From Mobula hypostoma (lineage: Eukaryota): a stretch of 64,000 nucleotides of DNA. The stretch is taken from assembly GCF_963921235.1 (NCBI RefSeq), contig NC_086097.1, positions 254,698,001 through 254,762,000 on the forward strand. Direction: 5' to 3'. The notes under the pieces are model-generated. The model saw only the letters and a list, made by a program, of their open reading frames with translations, ran no database searches and was not told the DNA's origin. How positions within the stretch are numbered: position 1 is the first letter of the stretch; every line of letters begins with the position of its first letter. Below are positions 34,080 through 47,614 of the stretch, in pieces. A program made the translations under genes and the position numbers.

Positions 34080-37000
34080 GACATCAGAACAGAAATGGCT
34101 GGAACTTCTGGAAGCAATTTGGAAGGTACAGGATACATACATCTCAAAGAGAATTCTTTAGAAGTATTCTCAAGGCAAGATGACAACTGTGGCTAACAAG
34201 CGAAGTCAAAGCCAACATGAAAGCCAAATAGAGGGCACATGATAGAGCAAAAATTAGTAAGAAGTTAGAGGATTTGAAAGCTTTTAAATACCAAGAGAAG
34301 GCAACTTAAAAAGTCATTAAGAAGGTAAAGATGGAATATGAAAGCTAGCTAGCCATAATATTAGATCATAAGACCATAACACACAAGAACAGAATTAGGC
34401 CATTTTGCCCATCAAGTCTGCTCCATCATTTAATCATGGCTGAACCTTTTTTCCCCTTCTCAGCCCCAGTCCCCAGCTTTCTCCCCATAACCTTTGATGC
34501 TGTGTCCAGTCAAGAACCTATCAAGCTCTGCCTTAAATACACCCAATGACCTGGGCTCCACAGCTGCCTCTGGTAATAAATTCCACAAATTCACCACCCT
34601 CTGACTTATGTACCCTTAGGTCTCCCAGCTTTTTGAGCACCTTCTCCCTTGTAATAGTAACTGCACTCATTTCTGTTCCCTCACACCCTTCAACATCTGG
34701 CTGATCAATTGTGAAGATTGATGCAGAAAGAAGATACCAAAAGTTTCTTCAGATACACAAAGTGTCAGCACATCCTTACTTAAATAATGGGCCCATAACT
34801 GCTCACAATACACCAAGTGAGGCCTCACCAGTGCTTTATAATGCCTCAGCATCACATCCTTGTTGTTAATGTTCTACTCCTCTTGATATGATTGCTAACA
34901 TTACATTTGCCTTCTTCACCACCAACTCAACCTGCAACTGAACCTGTAGGGAATCCTGCATATGGAATCCCAATTCCCTTTGCATCTCAGATTTTTGAGT
35001 TTTCTCCCCATTTAGAAAAGAGTCTATGCTTTTATTCCTTCTACTGAAGTGTACGACCCAGCACCTTGCAACACTGTACTCCAGCTGTCACTTCTTTGCC
35101 CGTCCTCCAAACTGTCCAAGTCTTTCTGCAGCCTCCTTGCTTCCTCAACTATAGCTGCCTCTCTATCCATCTTTGTATTGTTTCTATATTTGGGCACAAA
35201 GCTGCTAAATCCATCATCCATTGACATATACTGTTAAAAGAAGCGGTCCCAACATAGACCCCTGTGGAACAATAGTCACCAGCAGCCAATCAAAAAAGGC
35301 TCCCTTTCCTCTTGCCTCCTGCCAACCAGTTAATGCTTTATCCATGCTAGAGTCGTTCCTGTAATACCATGGGCTTGTAGGTTGATAAGCAGCCTCACGT
35401 GCATTATTTTATCAAAGGCCTCCTGAGAATACAAATACACAACATCCATTAATTCACCTTTGCCCGTCCTGCTTGTTATTTAGAAACATAGAAAACCTAC
35501 AGCACAATACCGGCCCTTCGGCCGAACATGTACTTACTTTAGAAATTACCTAGGGTTACCCATAGCCCTCTATTTTTCTAAGCTCCATGTACCTATCCAG
35601 GAGTCTCTTAAAAGACCCTATCGTATCCACCTCCACCCGCGCCACCGGCAGCCCATTCCACACACTCACCACTCTCTGCATAAAAAACTTACACCTGACA
35701 TCTCCTCTGTACCTACTTCCAATCATCTTAAAACTATGCCCTCTCGTGCTAGCCTTTTCAGCCCTGGGAAAATGCCTCTGACTATCCACACGATCAATGC
35801 CTCTCATCATCTTAAACACCTCTATCAGGTCACCTCTCATCCTCTGTCGCTCCAAGGAGAAAAGGCCGAGTTCACTCAACCTATTCTCATAAGGCATGCT
35901 CCCCAATCCAGGCAACATCCTTGTAAATCTCATCTGCACCCTTTCTATGATTTCCACATCCTTCCTGTAGTGAGGCGACCAGAACTGAGCACTGTACTTC
36001 AGGTGGGGTCTGACCATGGTCCTATATAGCTGCAACATTACCTCTCTGCTCTTAAATGCAATCCCACAATTGATGAAGGCCAATGCACCGTATGCCTTCT
36101 TAACCACAGAGTCAACCTGCGTAGCAGCCTTGAGCGTCCTATGGATTCGGACCCAAGATCCTTCTGATCCTCCACACTGCCAAGAGACTGACCATTAATA
36201 CTATATTCTGCCATCATATTTGACCTACCAAATGAACCACCTCACACTTATCCGGGTTGAACTCCATCTGCCACTTCTCAGCACAGTTTTGCACCCGATC
36301 AATGTCTTGTTGTAACCTCTGACAGCCCTCCACACTATCCACAACACCCCCAACCTTTGTGTCATCAGCAAATTTACTAAACCATCCCTCCACTTCCTTA
36401 TCCAGGTCATTTATAAAACTCACAATGAGTAGGGGTCCTGGAACAGATCCCTGATGCACACCACTGATCACCGGCCTCCATGCAGAATATGACCAATGCT
36501 GACCCGATTTCTTCAAAGTATTCTAACAAATTTGTCAGTCAGGATTTTAACTTGAGAAAACAATGCTGACTGCGGCCTATTTTATCATGTACCTCTAAGT
36601 ACCCCAAAACCACATCCTTAACAATCGACTCTTAACATCTTCTCAACCACTGAGGTCAGACTAACTCATCTTTAGTTTCCTTTCTTCTGCCTCTCTCCCT
36701 TCTTGAGAAGTGGAATGACATTTGGCATTCTCCAGTCCTCTGGGACCATTCCAGAATCCAGTGATTCTTGAAAGTTCATTACTAATCCCTCCACAATCTC
36801 TTCAGCCACCTCTTTCAGAACTCTGGGGTATACATCATCTGGACCTTTCAGTTTCCAAAGCACCTTCTTGCTAGTAATAGCCTCTGTACTCACTTCTGTC
36901 CCGACACTCTCGAAGTTTTAAACATACTCCAAGTGTCTTCCACAGTGAAGATTGATCCAAAATATTCATTCAGTTCATCCGCTATTTCCTGGTCCCCATT

Positions 37001-37120
37001 ACTATCTCTCTAACTTCATTTTCCAACATCCACTCTTGTCACTCTTTTACTGCTTGTATATTTGAAAGAACATTTGCTACCATCTTCGATATTATTGGCC
37101 AGCTTACCTTCATATCGTAT
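34080..37120 (-). mobile_element. Cluster of nested CR1 fragments, mostly minus
   Basis: RPHL.Y, FADDTKVGG, VPEDW motifs; (TTCTATG)-type tails. Confidence 0.8.
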
Positions 37121-37267
37121 AGTAACTGTAACTGGTAAATAAAGATAATCCTTCATCCTCGATCTGGTAAGAATACCCAAGCTGAATATCATGCCTGATT
37201 CAGGTTGTATCCATTGTGGTTGCTATGTTCTCATTTCCCCACAGTGACTGTGGGAACAGAAACTCAC

Positions 37268-37471
37268 CTTACCAGGTTTTCCTTGTAGCTGATGTTTATT
37301 TTGGATGGAGTTAAGGTAATATTCCCTTCTTCATCAATGAAACTCTCTTCACTCACATCATAATAACCATTAGTCAACAGTCGTGGACTCCGACGGCACG
37401 CGCAGGGGGAGCCCCCCAGAAGGTTCAGGTGACAAGGTGAATAAGGGCTCTCATTGGTCATCAGTGAGATG
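37268..37471 (-). CDS. TMEM71: TMEM71 coding exon 3 (conserved core)
   Basis: Encodes CRRSPRLLTNGYY..EESF.DEEGNITLTPS....YKENLVR, the TMEM71 signature; strong pyrimidine tract plus ccag acceptor; AG|gtgag donor; 204 nt, phase 2 to 2. Confidence 0.95.
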
Positions 37472-37679
37472 CTGGAAGCAACAAAATACAAAAAAAAGAA
37501 AACTGCGCAATTTATTAAGGCAAACAGGAGACTGCAGATGCTTGAAGAACTCATGGCGTCAAGCAGTATCTGCGGAAGTGAAAGGATGGTCACCAAGATC
37601 TCCCAGAGGCCACCCATTTCAATCCAACATCCTAGTCCTACTGTTCACCACCTTCTCTCCTGCCACATTCAATTTGGCA

Positions 37680-38080
37680 GTAGCTCCATCTGGGTATCTC
37701 TAAATTGTTGCCATGGGCCTCAATTCTCTAATTTCTAGTAATTTCTCTCCTCTCCCCCATTTCTTGTTTCAATTTCCCATTCTGGTTTCCCTCTTACCCC
37801 ACCGCTTCTCCCCGCCTGCCTCTGGTTCCTCTCTTCCCTTCTCTTTCATCCATAGTCCACTCTCCTCTCCTATCAGATTCCTTCTTTACTCTACATTTTC
37901 CACTTGTCTCCTCTTCCCCACTCACCACGTTTCACCTGTCACCTGCCAGCTTGTCCTCCTTCCTCTTCTCCCACCTTCTTATTCCAGCTTCTTCCCCCTT
38001 CCTTTCCAACTCTTTATTCCTCTCCACAGATGCTGCCTGACCTGCTGAGTTCCTCCAGCATTTTGTGTGCATTGCTTGAG
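37680..38080 (+). mobile_element. Old PLE 3' fragment
   Basis: Degenerate GSLQP..N.FSNF-like region, CT-rich UTR and gatgctgcctgacctgctgagttcctccagc terminus. Confidence 0.6.
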
Positions 38081-38621
38081 ACGTTAAGGTGCTTGGAGTT
38101 AAGCATGGGAGGGTAGTTTATGGAGAGAAGATAGGAAAATGGGGCTGAGAGGAAATGGATCAGCCATGTTGAAACGGTCAAGCAGACTTGATGGGCCAAA
38201 TTGCTTAATCCTGTTCCTATGTCTAATGGTGTTCGAGGATGTCAGAGCTAAGGTTTTGTTTACATGTGGAGTGCTGGGTGTACAAATACCCTGACAGGGG
38301 CAGTGGTAAAGGCTGATACATTTGGGATATTATTTAAGAAACTCTTAGATAGGCACATGGGTGATAAAAATGGAGAGCTGTGTGGAGGGGGAAGGGTTAG
38401 ATTGATATTAGGGTAGGTTAAAAAGTCAGCACAACATCATGGGCCAAATGTCCTGTACTGTGCTGCAATGTTTACATTACACACAGAAATCTACTCAAAC
38501 TTCTAAGTAGTGGAGCTATCGTACCTTCTTTGTGATGACAAAAAAATTTATTTCTAAGCATTGATTTTGAAAGAGTCACATTGTAAACAATAAAAGAAAA
38601 CTTTAGTGTGTGTCTGAATAC

Positions 38622-38682
38622 CTTTGAATGACCCTTTTCGGAGACAGCTCCTTCTGAACTTCCTCCGGAAATATCTGTGCAG
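38622..38682 (-). CDS. TMEM71: TMEM71 coding exon 2, (A)AQIFPEEVQKELSPKRVIQ(S)
   Basis: ttgcctttggcag acceptor, AAG|gtattc donor; 61 nt, phase 1 to 2; ELSP motif as recalled for human TMEM71. Confidence 0.85.
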
Positions 38683-39054
38683 CTGCCAAAGGCAATAAAT
38701 ACTTTGTTAGCTGTTAAAAAATCATCAAGAAGATTGGAATAAACTAGTGCACCCAACAATCTCAAGGAATATTGGCTGTTTGCACAGATTTAAATACAGA
38801 TCATGTGAAGGTACAAACCTCAAGAGCTTCGTATGAACCAGCTGCAAGGAATGGCCAAGGGGGAAAAGGAAAGTGGCGTTGGGAGGCAAGGGCAGAATGA
38901 GGGTACACTGTATAAAATATCTTAGAAATATGATTGGATTGTACGAGTTAGTGCTGCCTTCTTTAAAATTCACATCAGCTTTTAAAATGAGCAGTTTAGC
39001 AAATGTGTAAATGGGCTGGTCTAGTTGTAAGTAATGACATATCTAACACCAAGA

Positions 39055-39180
39055 TGAAGGGTTCTGATGAAGAGTCTCGGCCCAAAACGTCAACTGTACT
39101 CTTTTCCATAGATGCTGCTTAACCTGCTGAGTTCCTCCAGCATTTTGTGTGTGTTGTTTGCATCTGCAGATTTTCTCTTG
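39055..39180 (+). mobile_element. Older PLE 3'-end remnant with a degenerate hammerhead (CTGATGA...AAAACGTC)
   Basis: Same layout as the PLE 3' end; flanked by imperfect repeats tatctaaYaYcaag. Confidence 0.7.
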
Positions 39181-40980
39181 TATCTAATATCAAGGTTCCT
39201 TAAGGTTGTCATTGCCAATGGGTGGGGGTGGTGGATGTGGTCTGGCTGTAAGTAATGACATATCTAATACCACAGTTCTTTAAGGTTGTCACAGCTGGGG
39301 TAAAGGGTTGCAGTGGGGATGAACTCCTACTACCTATTAAGTGCTCCCAATGGCGTGTGTCTCAAATAGCCTCTGACAACTAAGTCCAGCTCCTGGCCTT
39401 AGCCACAACGCCTGGCAGAACCTGGACTTAGTAGTTAAGCCATATGTGAAGGGCAGGAGCTGGACTGAGAGAAGAAGGTGGGTTACTGGCACCATAAAAC
39501 CAGTCGATTTCAGCAAGCGGGGCTCATTAGCCATGGTTGGCAGCTCATCTAGGAGAGGGAAAACTCTGATCTCAAACCTCTGTTCCACGCATGAGGAAGA
39601 CTTCGGGAGTAAACCCAGAGGAAAATTTTAGAGTTGGAGTCCCTAAGCAGTCCTATGTGGGTTTCAACACTGACTGGCAACCTCTGCCACACCACTGGTG
39701 CCAAACCGCATCAGTCCCTGCCATTCCTTTTTGATTCACAGCTGCAAGGAGAAAGAGAGCCTGCTGCATAGACAACAGTTAGCTTTCCATATCATACTTC
39801 CCTGGCTTGCGTATCACAGCTAGGAGGCAACATCCATGGTCAACTATGTCCAGTGAAGAAGCTCAATCTAATTCCATGGGCAAAGCCTTTTCCCCCAAAC
39901 ATGGTCCCAGTGCATTGATATTGTTTTCCTGGGACAATAGAGGGTCACCATTTCCGAGTCAAGGATCTGACTTAACTTCAAACGCTCTTGCACAGAACAA
40001 TTTTATTCAGGAATCACAGAATTAGAGCACCGGATGGACCATAGGCACAGATTCCAATCTCAGGCATACACCAGAATCCAGAACTGGAGCAAGCCAAAAT
40101 TCAAGCCAAAACTGCCTGGGTCACAGAGCATGTCTTATGAGGATAGCCTGTCCAAGCTAGGGATTTTCTCTTTGGAGTGAAGGAGGATGTGACTTAACTT
40201 GATGGAGGTGTACAAAATGATAAGAGCCATAGATTGAGTGGATGAAGATTTCTTCCTCGGGGAAGAAATGGCTAATGCCTGTGGGCATAATTTTAAGGTG
40301 ATTGGAGGAAAATATCAGGAGGATGTCAGAGGTTATTTTTAAAACGGAGTGGTGGGTGTGTGACCACATTGCCGGGGTGGTGGCAGACGCAGTCACATTA
40401 CAGACATTTAAGAGACTCTTAGGCAAATAAATGATAGAAAAATGGAGGGTTATGTGGAAGGGAAGAGTGAGATTGATCTTAAAAAGTGGGCACATTATTA
40501 TGGGCCAAAGGGCCTGTACTGTGCTGTAATGCTCTATGTTCTAGAACCAGAACACTATATGGCAGTAGGCATCTCAGGCATGCGCCAGAAGCCAGAATTG
40601 GAGAAAACTAAAATTAACAGAGGGTTCAGAGAAAAGCTTTGTGCCATGGAGGAATTTGAGAAGAACAACTCTGGGATGATGCTGAACCAAGAGCTGATGT
40701 GGAGCAGTGAGTACAGAGTCAGTGGAAGAACAGGGCTTGCAGGTAAGGATATGTACAGCAGGCTTAGGTTTACGTTTGCAGAGAGTAGGTGATGGGACAT
40801 TAGAACAGCATGGACAAGGAAAACAGAAGCAAATGTCCTGAAATGAGGAATTTAATGGAAACAGTTAGATGATTTTGTTGAAATGGATTAAAATAACTAT
40901 GGAGATGATGAAATTTTCTTCAATCATATGGCAATAAATTGTTCAGCATTTAATTTCTTGATAGTTCTCTTTTAAATTAC

Positions 40981-41020
40981 CATGTAATGAGTTTGACAAA
41001 TATTCTGATCCTGGATACAT
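40981..41020 (-). CDS. TMEM71: TMEM71 first coding exon (CDS part; whole exon 40981-41057), MYPGSEYLSNSLH
   Basis: Acceptor tttctcttttaacag before 41057, ATG at 41020, donor G|gtaatt. 13 codons + 1 nt, aligning with the recalled human N-terminus MYRISQLMSTPVA; phase 1 fits the next exon. Confidence 0.8.
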
Positions 41021-41384
41021 TTCTGCTGTTTGTCGACAGTCAAGAATGGATGAAGACCTGTTAAAAGAGAAACATAAATAAATTATTCCATTTCAACACG
41101 GAACAATTGCAGAGTTGAATGAAATCTTTGGTCACAACATATGTCCCCTTGAATCTTTCATTCCTCGATCACAATAGACTTGAGCAGTTTCTACCCTTTT
41201 CAGTGCTGTGTTTTATGACGGAAACACCTCAGGGAGGAATGGGGTAATGGAAGGTTTCCATGAGTCTGGTGGGACATTCTGAACTCGATGACTGCAGGGA
41301 AAAAGCATCTACACTGCATCATGTTTCACCTTCAGAGACTCAAAGTGTCCTTCCCAAGAGCCGGGCGCACTGCAACCTGGGCCC

Positions 41385-44300
41385 ATAAAAACACCACGGA
41401 GGACAGAATTAGGCCATTCAGCCCATTGAGACTGCTCCGCCATTCCATCGTGGCTGATCCCAGATCCCACTCAACTCCATACATCTGCCTTCTTGCCAAT
41501 CACGAAACTATCAACTTCCGCTTTAACTATACCCACGGACTCTGCCTGCAACGCAGCTTGTGGCAGAGCACTCCACAGATTCCCTACTCTCTGGCTAAAA
41601 AAATTCCTCCTTACCTCTGTTGTAAAACGTTGCCCCTCAATTTTGAGGCTGTGCCTTCTAGTTCTGGATACCCCCACCAGTGGAAACATCCTCTCCACAT
41701 CCACCCTATCTAGTCCTTTCAACATTCTGGCAGGTTTCAATGAGATCCCCACACATTCTTCTAAATTCCAGTGATTACAGGACCAAAACTGGCAAACGCT
41801 CCTCATATGTTAACCCCTTCATTACCACAATCATCCTCATGAATCTCTGGACTCTCTCCAATGACAACACATCCTTTCTGAGATAAGGGGCCCAAAATTG
41901 TTGACAATACTCCAAGTGCAGCCTGACTAGTGTCTTATAAAGCCTCTGCATTATATCATTATTCTATTCTCTTGGATGCAAGTACCAACATTGCTTTTTC
42001 CTTCTTCAACTACACACTCAACCTGTAAATTAACCTTCTGGGCAGTCTTCCATGAGGAGTCCTAACTCCCTCTGCACCTCCAATGTCTGAATTTTCTCCC
42101 ATTTAGAGAATAGTATGCACTTTTGTTCCTTTTACCAAAACGCATTATCATACATTTCCCAACATTGTATTCATTCTGCCACCTTTTGCTCATTCTTCCA
42201 ATTTGTCTAAGTCCTGCTGCAATCATATTACTTCCTCAGCTCTACCTACCCCTCCACCTATCTTCATATCATCCGCAAACTTTGCCACAAAGCCATCAAT
42301 TCTATTATCTAAATCATTGACAAACAATGTGAAAAGTAGCAGTCCCAATACTGACCCCTGAGGAACACCACCAATCCCTAGCAGCCAACCAGAAAAGGCC
42401 CCTTTTATTCCCACTCACTGCCTCCTGCCTGTCAGCCATTCCTCAATCCATGCCGGTGTCTTTCCCGTAACGCCATAGGGTTTGATCTTCTGAAAATCCA
42501 AGTAAGTGACATCCACTGCCTCTGGTTTGTGCACCCTACTTGTTACTTCCTCAAAGAACTCCGACAGATTTGTCAGGCAAGATTTCCCTTCAGAAAAACC
42601 ATGCTGACTTTGACTTATTTTATCATTAGCCTCCAAGTACCTTGAAACCTCATCCTTAGTAATAGACTCCAACACTTTCTCAATCACTGAGGTTAGGCTA
42701 ACTGACCTATAATTTCCTTTCCTTTGCTTTCCTCCCTTCCTAAAGAGTGAAGTGACATTTCCAATCTTCCAGTCCTCCAGGACCATGTAATTCTTGAAAG
42801 ATCATGACCAATGCATCCGTTATCTCTCAACAACCTCTGAGGACTCTAGGATGTAGTACATCTGGCCCAGATGACTTATCCACCTTAAGACCTTTGAGCT
42901 TGCCTAGCAATTTTACCTTTGTAATAGCAATGACACTCACGGACCTCTGGCATACTGCTAGTGTCTTCCACAGTGAAGACCCAAGCAAAGTACTCATCAA
43001 GTTCATCTGCCATTTCTTTGTCCCCCATTACTACCTCACCAGCATCATTTTCCAGTGATCCAATATCAACTCTCACCTCCTTTGCACTCTTTATATAACT
43101 GAAAAACCTTTCAGTATTCCACATTATAATTTTGGCTAGTTTGCCCACATATTTCATCTTTTCTCTCCTTACAGCTTTTTTAGTTGTTTTTTGTTGGATT
43201 TGAAGAGCTTCCCACTCATCCAACTTCCCATTCACTTTTGTTACCTTATTTGTACTTTATGCTGTCCTTAACTTTACTTGTCAGCCACAGTTGCCCACCC
43301 CTGCCATTTGAGAACTACTTCTACTGTGGGACATATCTATCCTGCGCCTTGTGAACTATTCCCAGAAACTTCAGCCACCTCTGCTCTGTCATCATCCCTG
43401 CCAGTATCCTCCTCCAATCCACCTGGGTAAGCTCCTCTCTCATGCTTCTGTAATTCCCTTTATTCCATTGTGATACTGACACATGTGACTTGTGTTTCTC
43501 CCTCTCAAATTGCAGTATGAATTCAATCACATTAAGGGTTCCTTCACATTAAGATCCCTAATAAGTCCGGGTTATTACCCAACACCCAATCTAAGATAAT
43601 GTTTCCCCAAGTACACTCAAACACAAGCTGCTCTAAAAAGCCATCTCGCAGGCATTCAACAAGTGCCCTCTGTTGTGATCCAACACCAACCTGATTTTCC
43701 CAATCCCCTTGCATATTGAAGCTCCCCATTACAATTGTGACATTACACTTTTTATGTGCCTTTTCCAGCTCCCTTTGCAATCTCAACCCCACATCTTGGC
43801 TACTATTTGGTGGCCTATATATGACTCCCGTAATAGTTTTTTTACCCTTGCCATTTCTTAACTACACCCAGAAAGATTCAACATCCTCCGACCCTGTGAC
43901 ACCTCTTTCTAAAGATGTAATTCCATCTTTTACAAACAGAGCCACACCACCGCCTATGCCTTCCTGCCTGTCCTTTTGATACAAAGTATATCCTTTGATG
44001 TTAAGCTCCCAATAATGCTTTCTTTCAGCCACGACTCAGTGACAACATCATACTGACCAATCTCTAACTGTGCCATGAGTTTGTCCACCTTATTCCGAAT
44101 GCTACACTCATTTAAATAAAGCACCTTCAGTCCTGTTTTCTTAGCCCTTTTGAACTTTGCCTCAGTGGTACAATTTAGCTCTTTGCTCTGTCTGCATTTG
44201 TACCCAATCATTGGCTTGTCCTTCATCACATTCATGTTACACCCATCATTTACTTGTAAACCTGCTGGCTCGTCCTCAGCTCTATCATACTGGTTCCCAT

Positions 44301-45350
44301 CCTTCTGCCATAATTAGTTTAAACCTCTCCCAACAGCTCTAGTAATCTGCCCACAAGAATATTGGTCCCCCTTGTATTCAAGTGCAACCTCTCCCTTTTG
44401 TACAGGTGCTACCTGCCCCAGAAGAGGTCCCAATGATCCAGAAATTTGAATCCCTGCCCCCTGGTCCAATTCTTCAGCCATGCATTTATCCACCACCTCA
44501 TTCTGTTCCTATCCTCACCGTCGCGTGGCACAGGCAGCAGATTACTATCCTTGAGGTCCTGCTTCTCAGCTTCCTTTCTAACTCCCTGTATTCTTTTTTC
44601 AGGACCTCCTCCTTTTTCTACCTATGTCGTTAGTACCAATATGTACCATGACTTCTGGCTGCTCACCCTCACATTTCAGGATATCGTGGATACATTCAGA
44701 AACATCACTGACCCTGGCACCTGGGAGAGAAATTATCATCAATTTTATCTTTTTCACATCAATAGAATTGCTGTCTCCCTTTCTGTAGAGTCCCCTATCA
44801 CTGCTGCCATCCTTTTCAGTTCCCCACCCTTCTGGGCCACAGGACCAGACTCAGTGCCAGAGGCATGGCTGCTGTTGCTTCCCCCAGTTAAGTGGTCCCC
44901 CCAACAGCACTCAAAATAGAGTACACATTGTTGAAGAGGATGGCCACTATCTGACATTCTCCCTTCCCTCTCCTGACAGTCACCTATTTATCTGTCTTGT
45001 GTAGCCTTGGGGTGACTACCTCCCTGTAGCTCCTGTCTCTCACTCCTTCGTATTCCCTAATAAGCCGAAGGTCATCGAGCTGCAGCTCCAGTTCTTTTAT
45101 ACTGTCTCTAAGCTGCAGCTCGGTGCACCTGGTGCAGACGTGGCCATTGGGGAGGCTGGTTGTCTCCCAGATATCCCACATCTGACACCCAGAACGGAAC
45201 ACTGGCTCTGTAGACATACCCTCTATTCTCTCAAGAGTTCAATAAGGAAAAAGAAATACAGAATGAACTTACCTAAATAATTTGCCTCCCCCTATTCTCG
45301 CCGACGCCCTGTTGAGCTAAGGCTGTACCACTCTGACTCAAGACCAGTCC
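41385..45350 (-). mobile_element. Near full-length decayed CR1 including ORF1
   Basis: ORF1 CQMW...CTRCTELQ N-terminus and VIGDS esterase motif, then EN, RT and 3' UTR. Confidence 0.9.
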
Positions 45351-46020
45351 TATGATGACCGCTTCACGAGAAGGTGCCTCTCTTTTGTGGAGACTGGGTT
45401 TGTAAAGTTCTTCGCCGGACTTGGGCAGGAACACTTCAGCTGCACCCGTGCTGTACTCCAGTCAAAGTCTCCCACAAGTGCAGTCCCTGCCCCAGCAAAC
45501 ACGGTGCACCTCAAAAACCTCCCATTTTCCCCAGCTGCATGAAAGGAATCTGGCTTGCATCTTAGTGAGCCGATGAAACTTAACATGAAATTTTATATGA
45601 CTGATATTCACCAACTTGGCTGAATGAGTTTTAAAAGGAGAAATGAGATAATGAAGTGGGTGGTTTAGGGAGAACATTCCAGAGTTGGAAGACTAATGAA
45701 GTGAACCAAACAAATTGCATCAAATTGGACTTTACACATTTGACATGTTGTCATTTACATTTCAGACAAAATGATCTTGATTTTGTTGGTCATCTCAACT
45801 GGTCAAAGGGCATGGCCAAAGAGCCCTTTCTGAGATGAAGGTATTTTAAAAGAAGCTTGTCACCTGTCACAAGCTGCATATCATAGAATATGATCAACTG
45901 AATGGCAATGCAAATACTGAACAGGTCTTGAACTTCCCATGAAACCACATGAACTCCCTCAGTAGATATAGTTAAGATAAGGTTGGATAGATGTTTGCAT
46001 AGTAGGGGAGTTAAGGGTTA

Positions 46021-47614
46021 ACATAGAACATAGAATAGTACAGCACAGTACAGGCCCTTCAGCCCACAATGTTGTGCCGACCCTCAAACCCTGCCTCCCA
46101 TATAAGCCTCCACCTTAAATTCCTCCATATACCTGTCCAGTAGTCTCTTAAACTTCACTAGTGTATCTGTCTCCACCACTGACTCAGGCAGTGCATTCCA
46201 CGCACCAACCACTCTCTGAGTAAAAAACCTTCCTCTAATATCCCCCTTGAACTTCCCACCCCTTACCTTAAAGCCATGTCCTCTTGCATTGAGCAGTGGT
46301 GCCCTGGGGAAGAGGTGCTGGCTATCCACTCTATCTATTCCTATTATCTTGTACACCTCTATCAGGTCTCCTCTCATCCTCCTCCTCTCCAAAGAGTAAA
46401 GCCCTAGCTCCCTTAATCTCTGATCATAATGCATACTCTCTAAACCAGGCAGCATCCTGGTAAATCTCCTCTGTACCCTTTCCAATGCTTCCACATCCTT
46501 CCTATAGTGAATATAGGAAACCATATGCAAAGCATAACACCGGCAACAACAATGCCAAGCACTGAAACTTCCCGGATCCCATGCCTTCTGACTTTCTGAA
46601 TAAGCCTACTGTGTGGAACCTTGTCAAATGCTTTACTAAAATCCATACAGATCACATCCATTGCACTACCCTCATCTATATGCCTGGTCACCTCCTCAAA
46701 GAACTCTATCAGGCTTGTTAGACATGATCTGCCCTTCACAAAGCCATGCTGACTGTCCCTGATCAGACCATGATTCTCTAAATGCCCATAGATCCTATCT
46801 CTAAGAATCTTTTCCAACAGCTTTCCCACCACAGACGTAAGGCTCACTGGTCTATAATTACCCAGACTATCCCTACTACCTTTTTTGAACAAGGGAACAA
46901 CATTCGCCTCCCTCCAATCTTCCGGTACCATTCCCGTGGACAACAAGGACATAAAGATCCTAGCCAGAGGCTCAGCAATCTCTTCCCTCACCTCGTGGAG
47001 CAGCCTGGAGAATATTCCATCAGGCCCCGGGGACTTATCCGTCCTAATGTATTTTAACAACTCCAACACCTCCTCTCCCTTAATATCAACATGCTCCAGA
47101 ACATCAACCTCACTCATATTGTCCTCACCATCAAGTTCCCTCTCATTGGTGAATACCGAAGAGAAGTATTCATTGAGGACCTTGTTCACTTCCGCAGCCT
47201 CCAGGCATATCTTCCCACCTTTATCTCTAATCGGTCCTACCTTCACTCCTGTCATCCTTTTGTTCCCTCACATAATTGAAGAATGCCTTGGGGTTTTCCT
47301 TTACCCTACTTGCCAAGGCCTTCTCATGCCCCCTTCTTGCTCTTCTCAGCCCCATCTTAAGCTCCTTTCTTGCTTCCCTATATTCCTCAATAGACCCATC
47401 AGATCCTTACTTCCTAAACCTCATGTATGCTGCCTTCTTCCACCTGACTAGATTTTCCACCTCACTTGTCACCCATGGTTCCTTCACCCTACCATTCTTT
47501 ATCTTCCTCACTGGGACAAATTTATCCCTTACATCCCGCAAGAGATCTCTAAACATCGACCATATGTCCATAGTACATTTTCCTGTAAAAACATCATCCC
47601 AATTCACACCCGCA
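46021..47614 (-). mobile_element. CR1 with most of the RT core replaced by a ~65-bp linker
   Basis: ORF2 runs to VRRHGI, then the linker, then resumes at HYRKDVE; approximate TSD taaRggtta. Confidence 0.85.
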
